Assembly: GCF_009914755.1 (NCBI RefSeq)
Contig: NC_060934.1
Direction: 5' to 3' (one strand)
DNA from: the human T2T-CHM13v2.0 reference genome, Homo sapiens
Length of the DNA stretch: 64,000 nucleotides
Every line of letters starts with the position of its first letter. The first letter of the stretch is position 1. Shown here piece by piece: positions 31,302 through 44,030 of the stretch. The position numbers were made by a program, and so were the translations under genes. Under the pieces are notes generated by a model. That model was not told where the DNA came from. It saw only the letters and a list, made by a program, of their open reading frames with translations, and did no database searches.

Positions 31302-31658
31302 TCATATGATGCTTTAATAAGTTTTCCTAACCTTGTTTTGTTTATTGGGCCCCACCTCTGTGCAAAAGCATTGTACTATAAGCCAGGGGAAATATAAAAG
31401 AAAATGTTGCTCTTGCCGTTAGTGAACTTACTTCCTATAAACACAAGCAGGCACACCCTGCTTGTAAACTCTAGTTTGAAAGGTAACATTTTAAATAACT
31501 TGATATCTTTATATGCCCAGATTTACAAATGATTAAAATAAAAAAATAGGTAATTTTTCATGAAGTTACCTTACAGAGTACTTTATTTTCAGTTATGATA
31601 TTGAAGAATGAAGTTTAATGCTAACCAGCTTAAGCCCCAAATTTATTCATTGTTTCAG

Positions 31659-31972
31659 ATTTTCCTTATTAAAATTGGAAATCAGTATTCAATAATCATA
31701 AGAATAGTCTGCCATCAATTTTTTTGGCCATTTATAGTGATAAATATGAGGTATTATATCAATACATGTAAAGAGGTATATATAAAAAAGCAAAATGACA
31801 GAACAAAAGCAGCACACAGAGTGCAACCCACACAGTGATCACAGCCTTCAAAACGTGTGACAGGCATTGAAAGAATCATGAAGGAACACAGACAGAGAGG
31901 TTTCTCCTTAAGTGTGAGGGTATGAAGCAGTGTGCTACCATCTTCCTCACAAGTTGGATGGAGAGATTGCAG
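31659..31972 (+). pseudogene. Decayed exon C
   Basis: TGTTTCAG| ... CAG|GTGAGT; NNHKNSLPSIFLAIYSDKYEVLYQYM*RG...QNKSSTQSATHTVITA; in another frame ends VGWRDC(R), phase 2. Confidence 0.55.
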
Positions 31973-32077
31973 GTGAGTATAATGTAGCCTTTGCCATGGC
32001 AAATTCCAGAGCTAAAAAAAAATCTATGTGGAAATTTCCAGTTTTCCACTCTTAACATCACTAACCATCCAAACTAT

Positions 32078-32464
<387 letters not shown>

Positions 32465-33099
32465 TAGCTGAAGAAACTTTTAAAAAGGCTAGTAAGAGAT
32501 GAATTTCACTAGAAAAATCTGATTAAATGTAATGTAGATAATTTTGAATTTTAGACATAAAGAAAAAATTTTAATTTAAAAGTCCAGAAAATTTCATAAT
32601 CATAACAACACAAAATTTAAAATTCCATATATTGGCATATAAAATAACATAAATATTAAACTTTCAATTCTTTTTAAATGATATATTTTTTCAAGTTTCC
32701 CCACTTTTTCACTAGGGAAACTTGTGAATACAGTATAGCTGAACAAATGTATTTTTAAAAATGCAAAATCGTAAAGTCATATAAAGGTGTGTTTTCCAAT
32801 TGAAATGTACACATTTGTATTGAATTCTGAGTTTGTATTTATTTGAAAGGAAATAATAAGCAGACAACTGCCTGTTTCTATCCTCTCAAATAAACAGCAG
32901 TGCCATTCTGCTGTTAGCCAGCCTAACACAGTGCAATTGTTATTTTTCTTTCGTCTTTTCTCTGTCATTTTCTGTTCATTTTTGGGAGAAGAATGCTAAG
33001 TTACTAATATAAGTAGCCTTATAAATGTAAACTCATAATTGTCAGGAAATGTTACATAAGCGAATGTCTTCTGCGTCTTTCAACTTTTTGGTGCCCTTA

Positions 33100-33118
33100 T
33101 GCTGCCCCCTGCTGTCCA
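33100..33118 (-). promoter_or_regulatory. CTCF motif
   Basis: TGGACAGCAGGGGGCAGCA on minus strand. Confidence 0.6.
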
Positions 33119-34142
33119 GTGTCCACACTTACTGAAAATTGTCCCAAACTTCCAACCTTTTCTACTTCTCTTTACTCCGCCATCAAAACTTACCTGGCAA
33201 GAGACCCAGACTGTTGGAGTTTCCCTCCACAATGCCAATGGGTTAACAGACAAATAAAAGAAAGAAGTAGTTCCCACTTTATTTATCCCTTCATCATTTT
33301 CTGGCAATTGACGCAAGCATTTGAACTGGTGTTCTGTGGGCAATGCTTGATTTCTAGGTTCCCCAGCTTGGGATTCCAAACCCTCCCTGTGTTAGTCCAA
33401 GCTACTCTCATGGACCTGTCTCTCCCAGTGTCTAACCTCTGCACATCATAGCCTACTCTCTATCCGCACTGGCTTCTAGCTGTGTTTCCCACAGCCACGT
33501 GTGTTCTTCCATCTTTGCCTGTGCCCACACTGCTTTCTCTACCTGGAAGGTCTTCTCTCAATCTTTATCTGCTGAAAGTTTACCCATCCTTCAAGGTTCC
33601 AGTCAAAACTACCTTCTCCTTTATGGCTCAGGGAAGTGTTTTTTTTGTTTGTTTTGTTTTGGTTTGGTTTTTTAATGTAGTAGAAATTCAATAAAGATTT
33701 ATTTAATGAAAGAAAAGCAGATAATAAACCTTATACTCTATGTGACTCATTGACTTAACAGAGTACTTGGAGAAGATAATGACCTATTCCAGGCAGCATC
33801 TTTAATACTGCAAAATCCATACACCTGAATGGGGTAATCTTTTAAATTCGCGTCGCACTGTGTAAGGCCTATTTTGATCTCTGAAATCAGGTTTGTCTAA
33901 GAAATACAGAACTTAGAGTACATCTTGAGTACTTATGGCAAGTCTAGCGCTATTCAAGGCACTTTAGATGCACAAACTCATTGTGTTCTCTCAACAGCCA
34001 TGTGAGATTAAGTAATATTACTTTGTTTGATAGAAGAAGAAACTGAGGGTCTGGACAATTGGTAGTAAAGGGCAAAGTTAGGAACTCTGAACAGATCAGA
34101 CAAAGCCGTGTACTTCAAGTGTTCTCCTAATGTCTGCAATAG

Positions 34143-34703
34143 AAATGTGGATGGAGAGGCTTCTGGTCAGCTATTCTGGAAGCTAAAAAACCTTGTCAAT
34201 AGAATAACATTGGAAATTGTGACCACATAGCCAGACAAAGCCATGAGAGAAATTCAGTCAGTCAAGGATCAGAAATATCTGGAAGAGTTGATTGTTCTAC
34301 GAGACAATGTGAAAGAATATGACATTCTGCCAAATTCAAAGGTATTTAGATTTAGATATAAAAGACAGCTACATATTCTAAAAGGTTAGGAAGTGCAAAA
34401 TCCAGGTATTTTTCAATTGATGTAGCCATAGATTCTAACATGACTTGAAAATAAGAAATGATACGACTCAATATCTAAGACAAGTAGGCCTTCAGAATAC
34501 CTTTTTTTAAAATAAAAAATACAGTAAATATAAATAAGGCTCAGTACACCCCATCAGTGTCTCAAACAAGGATCTAGTTGTGTTCCAACCAAAACCACTG
34601 TTCGTCAAAAAATTTGAACAAGCTAAGAAGGCAGACCAAAAAATTTACTTGGGAAGACAACACCCCAAATTGTTTGGGTAGGTCATAACGGTTCTTTTAA
34701 CAG
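34143..34703 (+). pseudogene. Decayed exon D
   Basis: CTAATGTCTGCAATAG| ... CAG|GTAAGC; 561 nt, phase 2 to phase 2; NVDGEASGQLFWKLKNL..., NINKAQYTP/HQCLKQG, KNLLGKTTPQIVWVGHNGSFNR. Confidence 0.55.
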
Positions 34704-35524
34704 GTAAGCATATTTTAACTCCAGAAAGATTTAGAATGTGCTGTCGAAAGTACTGCATTTTTTTGTAGTGTAAGTAATTGCACTATTTAAGAACACTTGA
34801 CCTAATGGAGTAAGAGGTCAGCCTATTAGACTTTTAAGCAGAATTCTTACTAAGTTTATGTGTATTATTGAAACATTAGAGCGAACTTAAGAGTTACCAT
34901 GTTTAGAAGTTAAATTATTAGATCTGTAAGATTTTAGCTTCTTGAAAATGTTACAAAGTACTAAGGAAGGCAATTATATGTACTAAATTTATAAATTCAG
35001 TGTAAAAAGTTGGGAGGTGTTTAATTAAGTCATGCTACAGATAAGACCAGATATTATTTAAAGGATCATGATTTCTAAAATTTGCAAGATTTATGAATAT
35101 GATAAGATTTGTATACTAAATTTTAAAGCATAATGGAGAACTACTACTTTGAATATATAAGCTAAAAACTTTTTATATATATTTTAAAAACTGGAATTAA
35201 CTTCTGAATAGCCTTTCAATATATAAGACCCACTCTGAAGGGCATCAAATAACTCATAACTGAAGAGGAGTTACAGGGCTGGTTTTCTTCCAGCAAAAGT
35301 TTGTGTTCATTAGGCAGTCAATTTTTTGCTTCACTCCACAGAACTGGTTTCACTGTCATTAATCTTTATGTAGGTCTGGGCCTCCCTCACCTCCTAGGAG
35401 ATGGATAGTAGGTTTTGAAAGATGGAGATGAGAAGTAGCCTGGCTAGTCTACAAAAACCTCCCCCAAATTTTTGGTTTAGTGGGTTGCTTCAATAGCCGT
35501 AAGCCTGTCTCTATAACTTAGCAA

Positions 35525-35690
35525 TTCTCAACCCTGACTGCTAGGATCCCATGGACAACTTTCGGGAAATATTTATTTCCAGATCCCATCCAGTCCAACT
35601 AAACCAAAACTTTTTAGGGTAGGGCATAGACATTTTGCTTTTAAGTTTCTGGGTGATTCTCCATACAGGCAGAGTTGAGAACCAGTGGTG
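35525..35690. mobile_element. MER5-like DNA transposon fragment
   Basis: GGTGATTCT...GTTGAGAACCAGTG terminus. Confidence 0.55.
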
Positions 35691-35738
35691 CACGAGTGTG
35701 AGCCTCTCATGATCTGAAGGACCCAGAATCATTCTAGA

Positions 35739-35951
35739 CCAGGGCTGTTCAATAGAGCTTTGGGCAGTCATGGAAATGTGCCATAAATCTGTGCTGTCCG
35801 ATATGGTAGCTACTAGCTGGGTGTAGCTATGGACCACTTGAAATGTGGATAGTGTGACTGGGAAAATGAACTTTAAAATTTAAGCTAATTCAAATTTAAG
35901 TTAATTCAAATAGCCACATGTTACTAGTGAGTACCGTATTGGACAGCACAG
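35739..35951. mobile_element. MER3 DNA transposon
   Basis: CAGGGCTGTTCAATAG ... GTATTGGACAGCACAG, flanks TTCTAGAC/TTCTGGAG. Confidence 0.75.
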
Positions 35952-36065
35952 TTCTGGAGTTTTAGGCAATTTTAAATGATCTGAGTCTACTATTAAATAG
36001 ATGCTGAATGACTCTTTTTGATTCTAGACCACACTAGCCCAAACTCATTGCTTATGCCTCTTCAG

Positions 36066-36615
36066 GATACTTCATACCAGCTTCTTGAGAAGACCTCCAA
36101 TGGTATGGAAGGATGGCTTGAAGCTTATAATGGCTTCTGAGGATAGAAAGGACATGGAATTTGCTGGTTTTTTCCTCCCTCATTTAGGTTGGCAATTTGT
36201 TTCTTGACAAATGAATGAACACCTTCAGAACTAAAAATTTCTGAAGTCTCATAACTTAATAATGGAACCGCAAAGCAATTAAACTCTTGGAAATGGTCCT
36301 CTTCATTCTTTGGCATGTTGCAGTGTTTTTCAACTGGGGATTGTGACCTCTATCTTGGAGGATGGAGAGTTTCCAGTGGATTGGAGCAGTGGCCTGAGTT
36401 TCAGAGCTAAATATAGGTCATTGGCATGGCAGCTTCCCTTTCTCAGTCTCATGGATACTATGTCCTACTAGTGAATATGTGGCATTGGTGGTTGGTGGAA
36501 TAAAATCTTGAGAAAAACAGCAAAATGACACAGATTCAGGTCTTTCACAGATGGACCTTGATATTGAGCAAAACTAAACTCTACTTTTACCTACTTTAAA
36601 AAAATCACTTGTAAA
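36066..36615 (+). pseudogene. Decayed exon E (donor after 36610 or 36615)
   Basis: CCTCTTCAG| phase 2, open ILHTSFLRRPPMVWKDGLKLIMASED...; GNGPLHSLACCSVFQLGIVTSILEDGEFPVD (36289-36381); in a shifted frame DTDSGLSQMDLDIEQN*TLLLPTLKK. Confidence 0.6.
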
Positions 36616-36698
36616 GTATGCGTGCTATTTTAAAAAGGTAAAAATACACACATTAATGACTCGTTGGCAAATAAATTTTAAACGTGATATTAATGCTA

Positions 36699-37022
<324 letters not shown>

Positions 37023-37212
37023 GATTCCTCCTTCAAGTCTTTGCTCAACTCTCACCTTTTCAATCAGCCTACCCTGAACATCCTATTTAATATTGAAATA
37101 TGTATATATTAATTCCTTTTGCCAAAAATTAAATGACACCCTTTCAAAGTTTGCAATCCATATTTCAAAGCCAAAATACTTATCATGGCAGACAGCCTCT
37201 GATACTCTAGAG

Positions 37213-37398
37213 CAGTGTTCTCAAATGTTGCTGCCTGGACCAACAGCATCTCATCATCTGGGAACTAAGAAATGAAAATTCTCATGCCCCACCACAGGCC
37301 AGCTGAACCTGTAACTCTTGTGGTGGGGGCCTGGGAATCTGTGTTTCAATAAGCCCTCCAGGTGATTCTAGGGCACACCAAAGTTTGCAATCCACTGA
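37213..37398. mobile_element. MER5A DNA transposon
   Basis: CAGTGTTCTCAAA ... CCACTG, 8-bp TSD CTCTAGAG/ATCTAGAG. Confidence 0.8.
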
Positions 37399-37483
37399 TC
37401 TAGAGTACAACAAAACCCCGCAAAATGTCCCACAGGTGAAAGCTTCCATATATGCCAAAGTTATAAAGACTGAAACATTTCAG

Positions 37484-37662
37484 TACATACCATTGGCCTT
37501 ACATATTGCGAAATAGATGCCAATATTCCATCTGGACCTAATGTTATGAATCATGAATTTACCCCCTTCAATAAGGCCTCACTGAATCTCTAGGCTTTGA
37601 TCTTCTTTTCCCTGTAAAAATTTGTCTGAAAGAATTTCATGAGATGTTCCTGAAGAGAGGAG
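37484..37662 (+). pseudogene. Decayed exon F (frame ambiguous)
   Basis: ATTTCAG| ... GAG|GTAAAG; non-repeat segment between MER5A and Alu. Confidence 0.35.
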
Positions 37663-37792
37663 GTAAAGTACAAGTACAAATGTATCAGAAGCAAATTCGA
37701 CATACAAAATTTCATCTGTATATGACTGATAAATCAGAAGGCCGATTACTCATTCTAGGAAAACACTGTTAGATTTACAAAGTAATAAATTA

Positions 37793-38430
<638 letters not shown>

Positions 38431-38589
38431 TGTTTTTGTTATTTTTAAAATTAGCCCACAAGTGACATATCTGGCCACTGAGAAAACAGATACTAATGTT
38501 TTAATCACTCAAGAATGTTTATACAAAACAGTTCAAGTTTACATAAAGCAATTAAGTGCTAACCTTATTGAGCTCTAAATATTCAGCAG

Positions 38590-39035
38590 ATGTTCACCCT
38601 TCTAAACATCTTGCCTAGTTAAACCAATCCTGGTAATTTCAGTCCCCTTGTCAGTGACTGGTTTAGGTATAAGCACGTCCTACAAACCTGGCCAATGAGC
38701 TCTAAGAAACACTGTGCTATGGGGCTTCTGAGAAAGGATTTCTTCCTTTACAACAAGATGAATAAGAGTAACTCTCCTCACTTTGGATATTTTAATATTA
38801 GGATATGATGCCTGGGTCTGCAGCAGCCACTTTGTGACTATGAGGAAAGACATTGCTGATGTTATGGCAACGTAAAAGGTTAAAGTATCTTAATAACATT
38901 GTTGAACCAAATCTAAAACTCACTATTGAACCAAACCTAGAACTCACTTGCCACCTGATTACATATTTAGTTGAAAAACTAATGTCCTTATTTTTTATGC
39001 CACTATCAGTAGGGTTCTATGTTAGTATGAAAGCA
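38590..39035. mobile_element. Old MLT1 MaLR LTR fragment
   Basis: GCAGCCACTTTGTGACTATGAGG, GGGGCTTCTGAGAAAG motifs. Confidence 0.5.
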
Positions 39036-39405
39036 AACTAAATAATATAACACACCTAGCTACTATAGATTAATTGGCTGTATGACACAATAATCTGGTA
39101 ACTTTATTCCTGAGATCATCTTAACCCACATAGAGATTCCTTAATAAATAGTTCCTTCTCCTCCAATTCATCTGTATAGAAATAACATCAGTCTTACTTT
39201 CCTGCTCCATACCTGATATGTTTAACTAATTAACCATTAGCTAAGTGTTGAATTATATTATTCTCATAAATTAAAATATGTTTTTATTTTTAAAATTTCT
39301 GTTATATATACCATTAGAAATTATTACAGAAGGTTCTAAAATAAAAATTTTAGTTCTAATATAATACTTCAATACTAATTTTATTTCCCTGCTTCATCTT
39401 CACAG

Positions 39406-39686
39406 TTTATATTTACCATGATGTTTATTTGATGACACCGTGAAGAAAATGTGCAAAATGAGGCCCTACCATGTTTTAAAAAATGTTTTCATCAAATGGA
39501 TCTCAGAGGGACATGCCCAAAACTCCTGCTACCAGAGTGATCCTCTCTTCATCTCTTTTCTCTAGCCAATAAATCAAAGTTTCATTTCTCATTTTGCAAT
39601 AGGAATTTGTATTAGGCAACCATCTGTAGCATCTATTTGGGTTATATCTAAAGCTTAAGGGCTACATCCTCTCCCAACCCCAATAT
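39406..39686 (+). pseudogene. Decayed exon G
   Basis: TACTAAT branch point, pyrimidine tract, CACAG| ... AT|GTGAGT; only 3 stops in 93 codons (LYLP*CLFDDTVKKMCKMRPYHVLKNVFIKWISEG...), phase 2 to phase 1. Confidence 0.5.
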
Positions 39687-40183
39687 GTGAGTACTTGATG
39701 CCCGAATCATGGTCCTTCAATGGAAGAACACTTGTCAAATCCTATTTAAACAGATCTAAATTAAAAAAATATTTTTTTTCTAAAAATATTATTTGGCCTT
39801 CATTTGGGAATCTCACACATCTAAGACCTTAGATTTAAAGTATCTTTAGAACTCTAACCACATTGGAGTGTAGACTCCATTACAGCAGGAATCCTTGCCT
39901 CTTTTGCTTAATATTGCATCATAGCATCTTATCAGAATGATACATAATAGATGGGGGAAGATCTAGAATAAACAAACCCCCGAATAAAAATAGAAACAAA
40001 TGTTGAACAAATCAATTATAAAATCTGCTTTTATCTTTTTCATAAAAATATTTATAAAATTATACATCTGCTTTACTTTCCCTTTAGATTCTCCATTTGA
40101 TAATCATTTTGGAAAGATCAAAAACAAAGTCATAACACAAACACACATTTTGTGTATCATTTTCCTCTTGTTTTCTTTTGCAA

Positions 40184-40258
40184 AACCATGCTGAGGAGGA
40201 CAGTGGTGTATCTGTATCGTCTTATGGAAAGTAGTAACACATCTAGCAAATAACAGAG
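40184..40258 (+). pseudogene. Decayed exon H (acceptor apparently mutated CAG>CAA)
   Basis: Long pyrimidine tract then GCAA; donor GAG|GTAAAT; 75 nt, phase 1 to 1; PC*GGQWCICIVLWKVVTHLANNR. Confidence 0.4.
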
Positions 40259-40677
40259 GTAAATATGCATGAGAAGTGGGTAGAATTGGAAACAGACAAT
40301 TTCAGGTCTATATTGTGCGTGATTTCACAGGATAGAATTTTATTTTATATTTTCTTCTTTTAAAAAAGTTCATTCCAAGGTAGATTAGATTAGCCCTGGC
40401 TAATATTTTTAGCATTTTATGTTTGGTCACCTTAACATCTCTAAATCTTTCTTCCCTTTGTTACCTTACCCTACCATTACCTATCATCTAATGAGTTTGG
40501 CTAACCTGAAACTTCCTCAGTCTTTAACAATACTAATGAATGCAAGTTAATAAATTAGGAAATTGTGTTGGTTCATTACATTGTCTTAATATAATTTTCA
40601 GTTTATTTGTTATTGATTGAGCTCCTTAATTTCAAGTTCATTTTTCTGAGGTTTATTGTTTCTAATTTGATTTACAG

Positions 40678-41000
40678 ATTCTCCATGTCTTTGGCATTAT
40701 TTCTTTCTGCTTTCTGCAACCTGTTTTTTGGTAATTTCACTACTCATTAGCCCCTCCCTCCATCAGAGGGATGGGCAGGATGAGAAAAATGATATGACAA
40801 TATAGTAAATTTTGCTACTTGCTATTATCTGATAAAATGGTGTTCAAGAAAGAAATAAGTGTGTAACTGTTGACTAAAATGACATTTTGGGAATTTTTTA
40901 AAATAATTTTTTATTGTCCATGATCTAGCAACTGTTACCATGAAAGACTGAGTTAGTTCTCTATCTGCTAAATTTAATAAATAAAGGTTTTTAATCCAAA
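40678..41000 (+). pseudogene. Decayed terminal exon I with stop and poly(A) signal
   Basis: CTAAT...TTTACAG|, phase 1, DSPCLWHYFFLLSATCFLVISLLISPSLHQRDGQDEKNDMTI* (TAG 40803-40805); AATAAA 40976-40981 and 40980-40985. Confidence 0.45.
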
Positions 41001-43594
41001 AATTTGTTATAATTCTAATCACAATCACACCAAGCTCATGAACTACATTTCTATAAAAATGTTATCAATTAAAAAAATTAATGTTCAAGGAATCAAGAGC
41101 TAAAATGAAGCTCAAGGTGGATTTTAAAATGGAGAATAATATAAAATAGTGAACTGTTTTTGCCTCATAGATTTCAACCTCCTTAAATACTTAGTGATGT
41201 AAGAGTCATATATAAAATGTTATCAGTCATATAAATATATATGAAGGATTTTTAAAAGTGAAGATTTAACTATAATAGTTACTTCATAATCAATGATGTA
41301 ATAGTCAATGATGTAGGAGAACAAAGAGCATTGCATAGCTCCATATGGACTTCAGAGCATCAGTTTGTTTTTAAAAGGGGGCTACCTTATATACACATGT
41401 TTAGTTTTCAGAGATTAAATAAAATAAAAATTATCGCCATTCTGAATAGCAGACTATTTTAGCAATACATGTGTTGGAAAGTATATTTTATTTGGTAGAT
41501 CAACTTCAGAGAACTAAACTCTCCAGCATAACCAGAGGGTTAGATAATATATTTACACCTGCAGTATTTCATTCTATAAATAATCTATAATGTCAAAAAC
41601 TAGCCTTGATGGGGCATTTACATTTTATGAATAGCTAAAATGTTACAGTGAACATTTTCACATTTTTATGGCATAGTATAAACAAAATATGGGCTAATAC
41701 ATAATTATTTTTGAAGTTCAAGGAAAGGGATATATAGATAGAGTATAGAGACACAAAAATCAGAAATACTATTTTTAGCCATTTTCACACATCCTTTTAC
41801 TTCAACCTGTTAAATGATTAAAAAGTGAAATGAGCATTTACGTATTTCAAAGTGGGTAAACACGCTAAATAATAATTCTTGAAATGTTCACTCTTTCAAA
41901 AAATAATCTCTTCAATCTTATGGAAAAGTGGTCTAGTGTACTATTTCAGTTGTTTTTATTTTATGTGACCAAAAAAAATACGCTTTAGGGTTCAATTACT
42001 GATTCGTCCCACTTTCTTTTTGAACTAAGGGCACACTTACTATCTCCATAAACAACTAAAATGTTTACAGAGACCAGTAAAACCTATGTCAGATCGTAAC
42101 ACATTTTTGTTCTTGGGAGGCTTTGGGCCTAAATCCCACATTCTCTAATCAGATAACTCAATAAGAACAAAGATGGAAAAGATATAATCCTGCATTTAGA
42201 TATGTGAACATCAAAATTTTTAAAGCCAAAAGCAATTGTGCACATATTCTTAAAAAATTATCTTATTCCAAAATATTTGTTATTTTTAAAACAAGACTAT
42301 CTGTAATTCAGTTGAAGTATCATTTCAAAATGAAACAAACAATAATGTGGGAATTATTATATGACTACTTATTAGAAAAACCTCAGGAGAAACTTAGAAT
42401 AGTTATTTAAGAAATCCCTAGGTTCAAAATGAAATTCAACTTTTACAATGTTGAAGGAACTAAAACTCAGACATTTGGTTAAATTGAAAATACACTAACA
42501 CATATAATTTTGTAATATAAGGAAAATGCAAAATGTTACTAAAAGGATAAATCGACAGCTTATTACTGAATAATTCTGATATAGAGATGATAAATCAGAT
42601 CAGATAAAACAACTGCAAACTGCATGCCTGTCCCTGATGTTCCCTCGGCTGGTTGTGACGACATGTCTGCTCTCACCATAGTTCACAGTTCACAGAAAAC
42701 ATTTAAATAACACAACTGAATACTTCCACTGACTAAAATGAACTTTCTTTAAGAAAATAAAGGGAGAAGAGAATAGATCAAATCTTGCCCCACCTCTTTT
42801 TTTTTCTTCCTTTTTTCTTTTAGTGAAACTGACATAAATTGTTGAGGAGCACTACAGCGCCACCAACACAGATCAATGCAAAACAAAAAAGATCTCCCAC
42901 CGTGTGCAAAAAGAAAAAAAATTAGAAAAATGCCAAAAATTACAAAATGTCTCCCAAATGTACCGTATAGGAGAAAAACAAGATAGACCTGCAAAGATTA
43001 TCTAATGAAGAGCTTCAAAGAAATAATATCATAGACTACAAGTTGAGATCTGATCAGCAAATAAAAGATCCACTATTTAGTAACAGCCATAACTTAATAT
43101 AAACCCGGTTATGTCAACCTCCACCTTCATTATACCAAGGGCAGCTTTTCTGTAGTTTGTATCCAAGTAATCTATCAAGAGAACCACAATAGGTCCATTT
43201 AAAAAAAAACTATATCCATAGTTTGCCTGCTGATAATTGAGTCCTGGACAAATTAGGTAAGACATAATTTTTATAAAGAGGATATGCACATATTTGGCAT
43301 TGCCAACATTACTGGCACAAAACAAGTCCATCTTGAAATATCTGAGTTCCTCTGTAGTTCACAGTAATTAAAGTATAATTTATATTATAAACATTTAGCT
43401 TTAACAATGAAAAAAAAAAACTATTTTTTTTTCTTTTGGTAAAAATTAACCAGGCAAGATTAGGTAGAACGTGCAGAGATCAAAGCTAAAGAAAAATACA
43501 AAGATTGGTTTTGTTAGAAGAAACACAATGAAAATCCTTTTTAGCCGGTGGCTCTTTCAAAGACTGACATAAATGGTGAAAATTACAAACTTAC

Positions 43595-43597
43595 CAT
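43595..43597 (-). CDS. EPC1: Start codon only, for an N-terminally truncated EPC1 isoform (Met joined to exon 2)
   Basis: ATG is the last three exonic bases before GTAAGT. Confidence 0.7.
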
Positions 43598-43666
43598 TAG
43601 TGCAGGCAAAGAAGACGGCAGTTCTTGAAAAAAAATTGTAACAATATAGGCTGGATACTTGTGTCC

Positions 43667-43693
43667 CTAGAAACAACAGCCTCCAGGCAGCAT
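43667..43693 (-). other. uORF in distal exon (MLPGGCCF*)
   Basis: ATG 43693-43691, TAG 43669-43667; additional out-of-frame ATGs at 43751 and 43709 open an ORF overlapping the main ATG. Confidence 0.55.
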
Positions 43694-43879
43694 ATGGATC
43701 TTCCAACATCTTTAAAATGTTTGGTAAATAAAAAGTAATACTTTCTTCCATGATCGGTGGCCGAATGGGGTGGCTTCCCCCAGGATCTGTGGGCTTTTGG
43801 GGGAAATCGGAGAAATATCCACAGAAGATTAAAAGCAGAGGAGGCAGCACAGCCAGAAGACTCTGGGGTTAACAACTTT

Positions 43880-44030
43880 GCGATGGCAAGCAGGCGAGCG
43901 CTGATTGGCTGGGAGGGCAGTGTCCCTACAGTCTGCACTATCCCCCGCTGCCCCCGCCTCCTGCAGCTCGGAAAAAAATGCAGTGTGTGTGCCATTTTAC
44001 ACTGGGCTTTTAAAAGCACAGCCACCAAAA
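43880..44030 (-). promoter_or_regulatory. Distal EPC1 promoter
   Basis: NF-Y box AGCCAATCAG (43910-43901), GC box CCCCGCC (~43952-43958), YY1 core GCCATTTT 43991-43998. Confidence 0.65.

Larger units (their letters stand above)
43595..43870 (-). other. EPC1: Alternative distal first exon of EPC1 ending in ATG (5' boundary approximate)
   Basis: Strong donor ATG|GTAAGT (GT 43594-43593), phase 0 as intron 1; local GC rise, CCAAT and GC boxes just upstream, repeat-free surroundings; consistent with my recollection of an annotated distal EPC1 isoform. Confidence 0.75.

Noticed and set aside
34669-34703. IVWVGHNGSFNR as a DEDD exonuclease ExoII motif
   Set aside because: Catalytic Asp absent and no other Exo motifs found; the preceding KNLLGKTTPQI fits an ankyrin repeat better
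36066-36190. SH3-like reading (LLEKTSNGMEGWLEAYN) in an alternative frame
   Set aside because: That frame has early stops and is phase-incompatible with the upstream exon; likely chance
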